Positions 63,692-64,000 of a stretch of DNA of 64,000 nucleotides are shown piece by piece. The DNA comes from Gracilinanus agilis (taxonomy: Eukaryota), in contig NC_058130.1 in NCBI RefSeq assembly GCF_016433145.1, positions 149,527,596 through 149,591,595 of the forward strand, read 5' to 3'. Both the position numbers and the translations under genes were made by a program. The notes under the pieces are model-generated. The model was not told where the DNA came from. It saw only the letters and a list, made by a program, of their open reading frames with translations, and searched no databases. Within the stretch, counting starts at the first letter, position 1. Each line of letters starts with the position of its first letter.

Positions 63692-64000
63692 GTTATTGCA
63701 TCTGGGTCACCTGTATGACTTAGGCCAGGACATATCTAAAAGAAGTTGCAATTGAATAAAAGTGATTATTTGCATTTCTAATAACATATAGTAGTTTCTT
63801 CTATTGTCTTATATTCTGCAAACCAGGGTATGTGGGGAGGGAAATGAAGAAATGTTGCCACAGAGAACATGTTATTCTGGGTATGACAAGAAAATAAGGA
63901 TATTAAATAAAAAATGTTGATAGTTAAACATATTTACATTTGGCACTTAGTGGTTTGCAAAATAGTTTTATATTCTTTCATCTTATTTGATTTTGATTTC

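Noticed and set aside
1-64000. CRISPR arrays, operons, rRNA genes or other prokaryote-type systems
   Set aside because: None seen; the sequence is mammalian and no regularly spaced repeat-spacer structure is present.

Overview
AT-rich, CpG-poor marsupial genomic DNA, most likely a didelphid such as Monodelphis domestica judging by SINE1_Mdo-type SINEs and opossum-type L1 3' ends. The window is part of a class II olfactory receptor cluster of the OR13D type. All copies lie head-to-tail on the minus strand: four intact 313-aa genes (12783-13724, 26736-27677, 45208-46149, 62750-63691), one multiply frameshifted pseudogene (34839-35748) and the 3' 238 nt of a sixth paralog cut by a single-N join at 62474. 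The intergenic DNA is mostly L1, L2, CR1/L3, MIR/MAR1, SINE1_Mdo, two ERV solo LTRs, hAT MITEs and microsatellites, with a 391-N gap at 28853-29243. I found no evidence for a wholly new biological system. The most informative structure not shown by the ORF track is a non-coding module of about 600 bp present four times. It carries O/E(EBF)-like sites, homeodomain TAAT sites, a near-invariant TAATCCCTGAAGTAATTTAAAG core and a conserved minus-strand AG|GTAAAT donor. It pairs with an acceptor exactly 19 nt before each OR ATG, which predicts the promoter and non-coding exon 1 of these genes. Other points: micro-uORFs in two leaders, no module found upstream of the pseudogene, a solo LTR next to one promoter, a conversion-like identity step between two paralogs and several local duplications. 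Repeat boundaries and family names were judged by eye and are approximate unless TSDs or TIRs are quoted.
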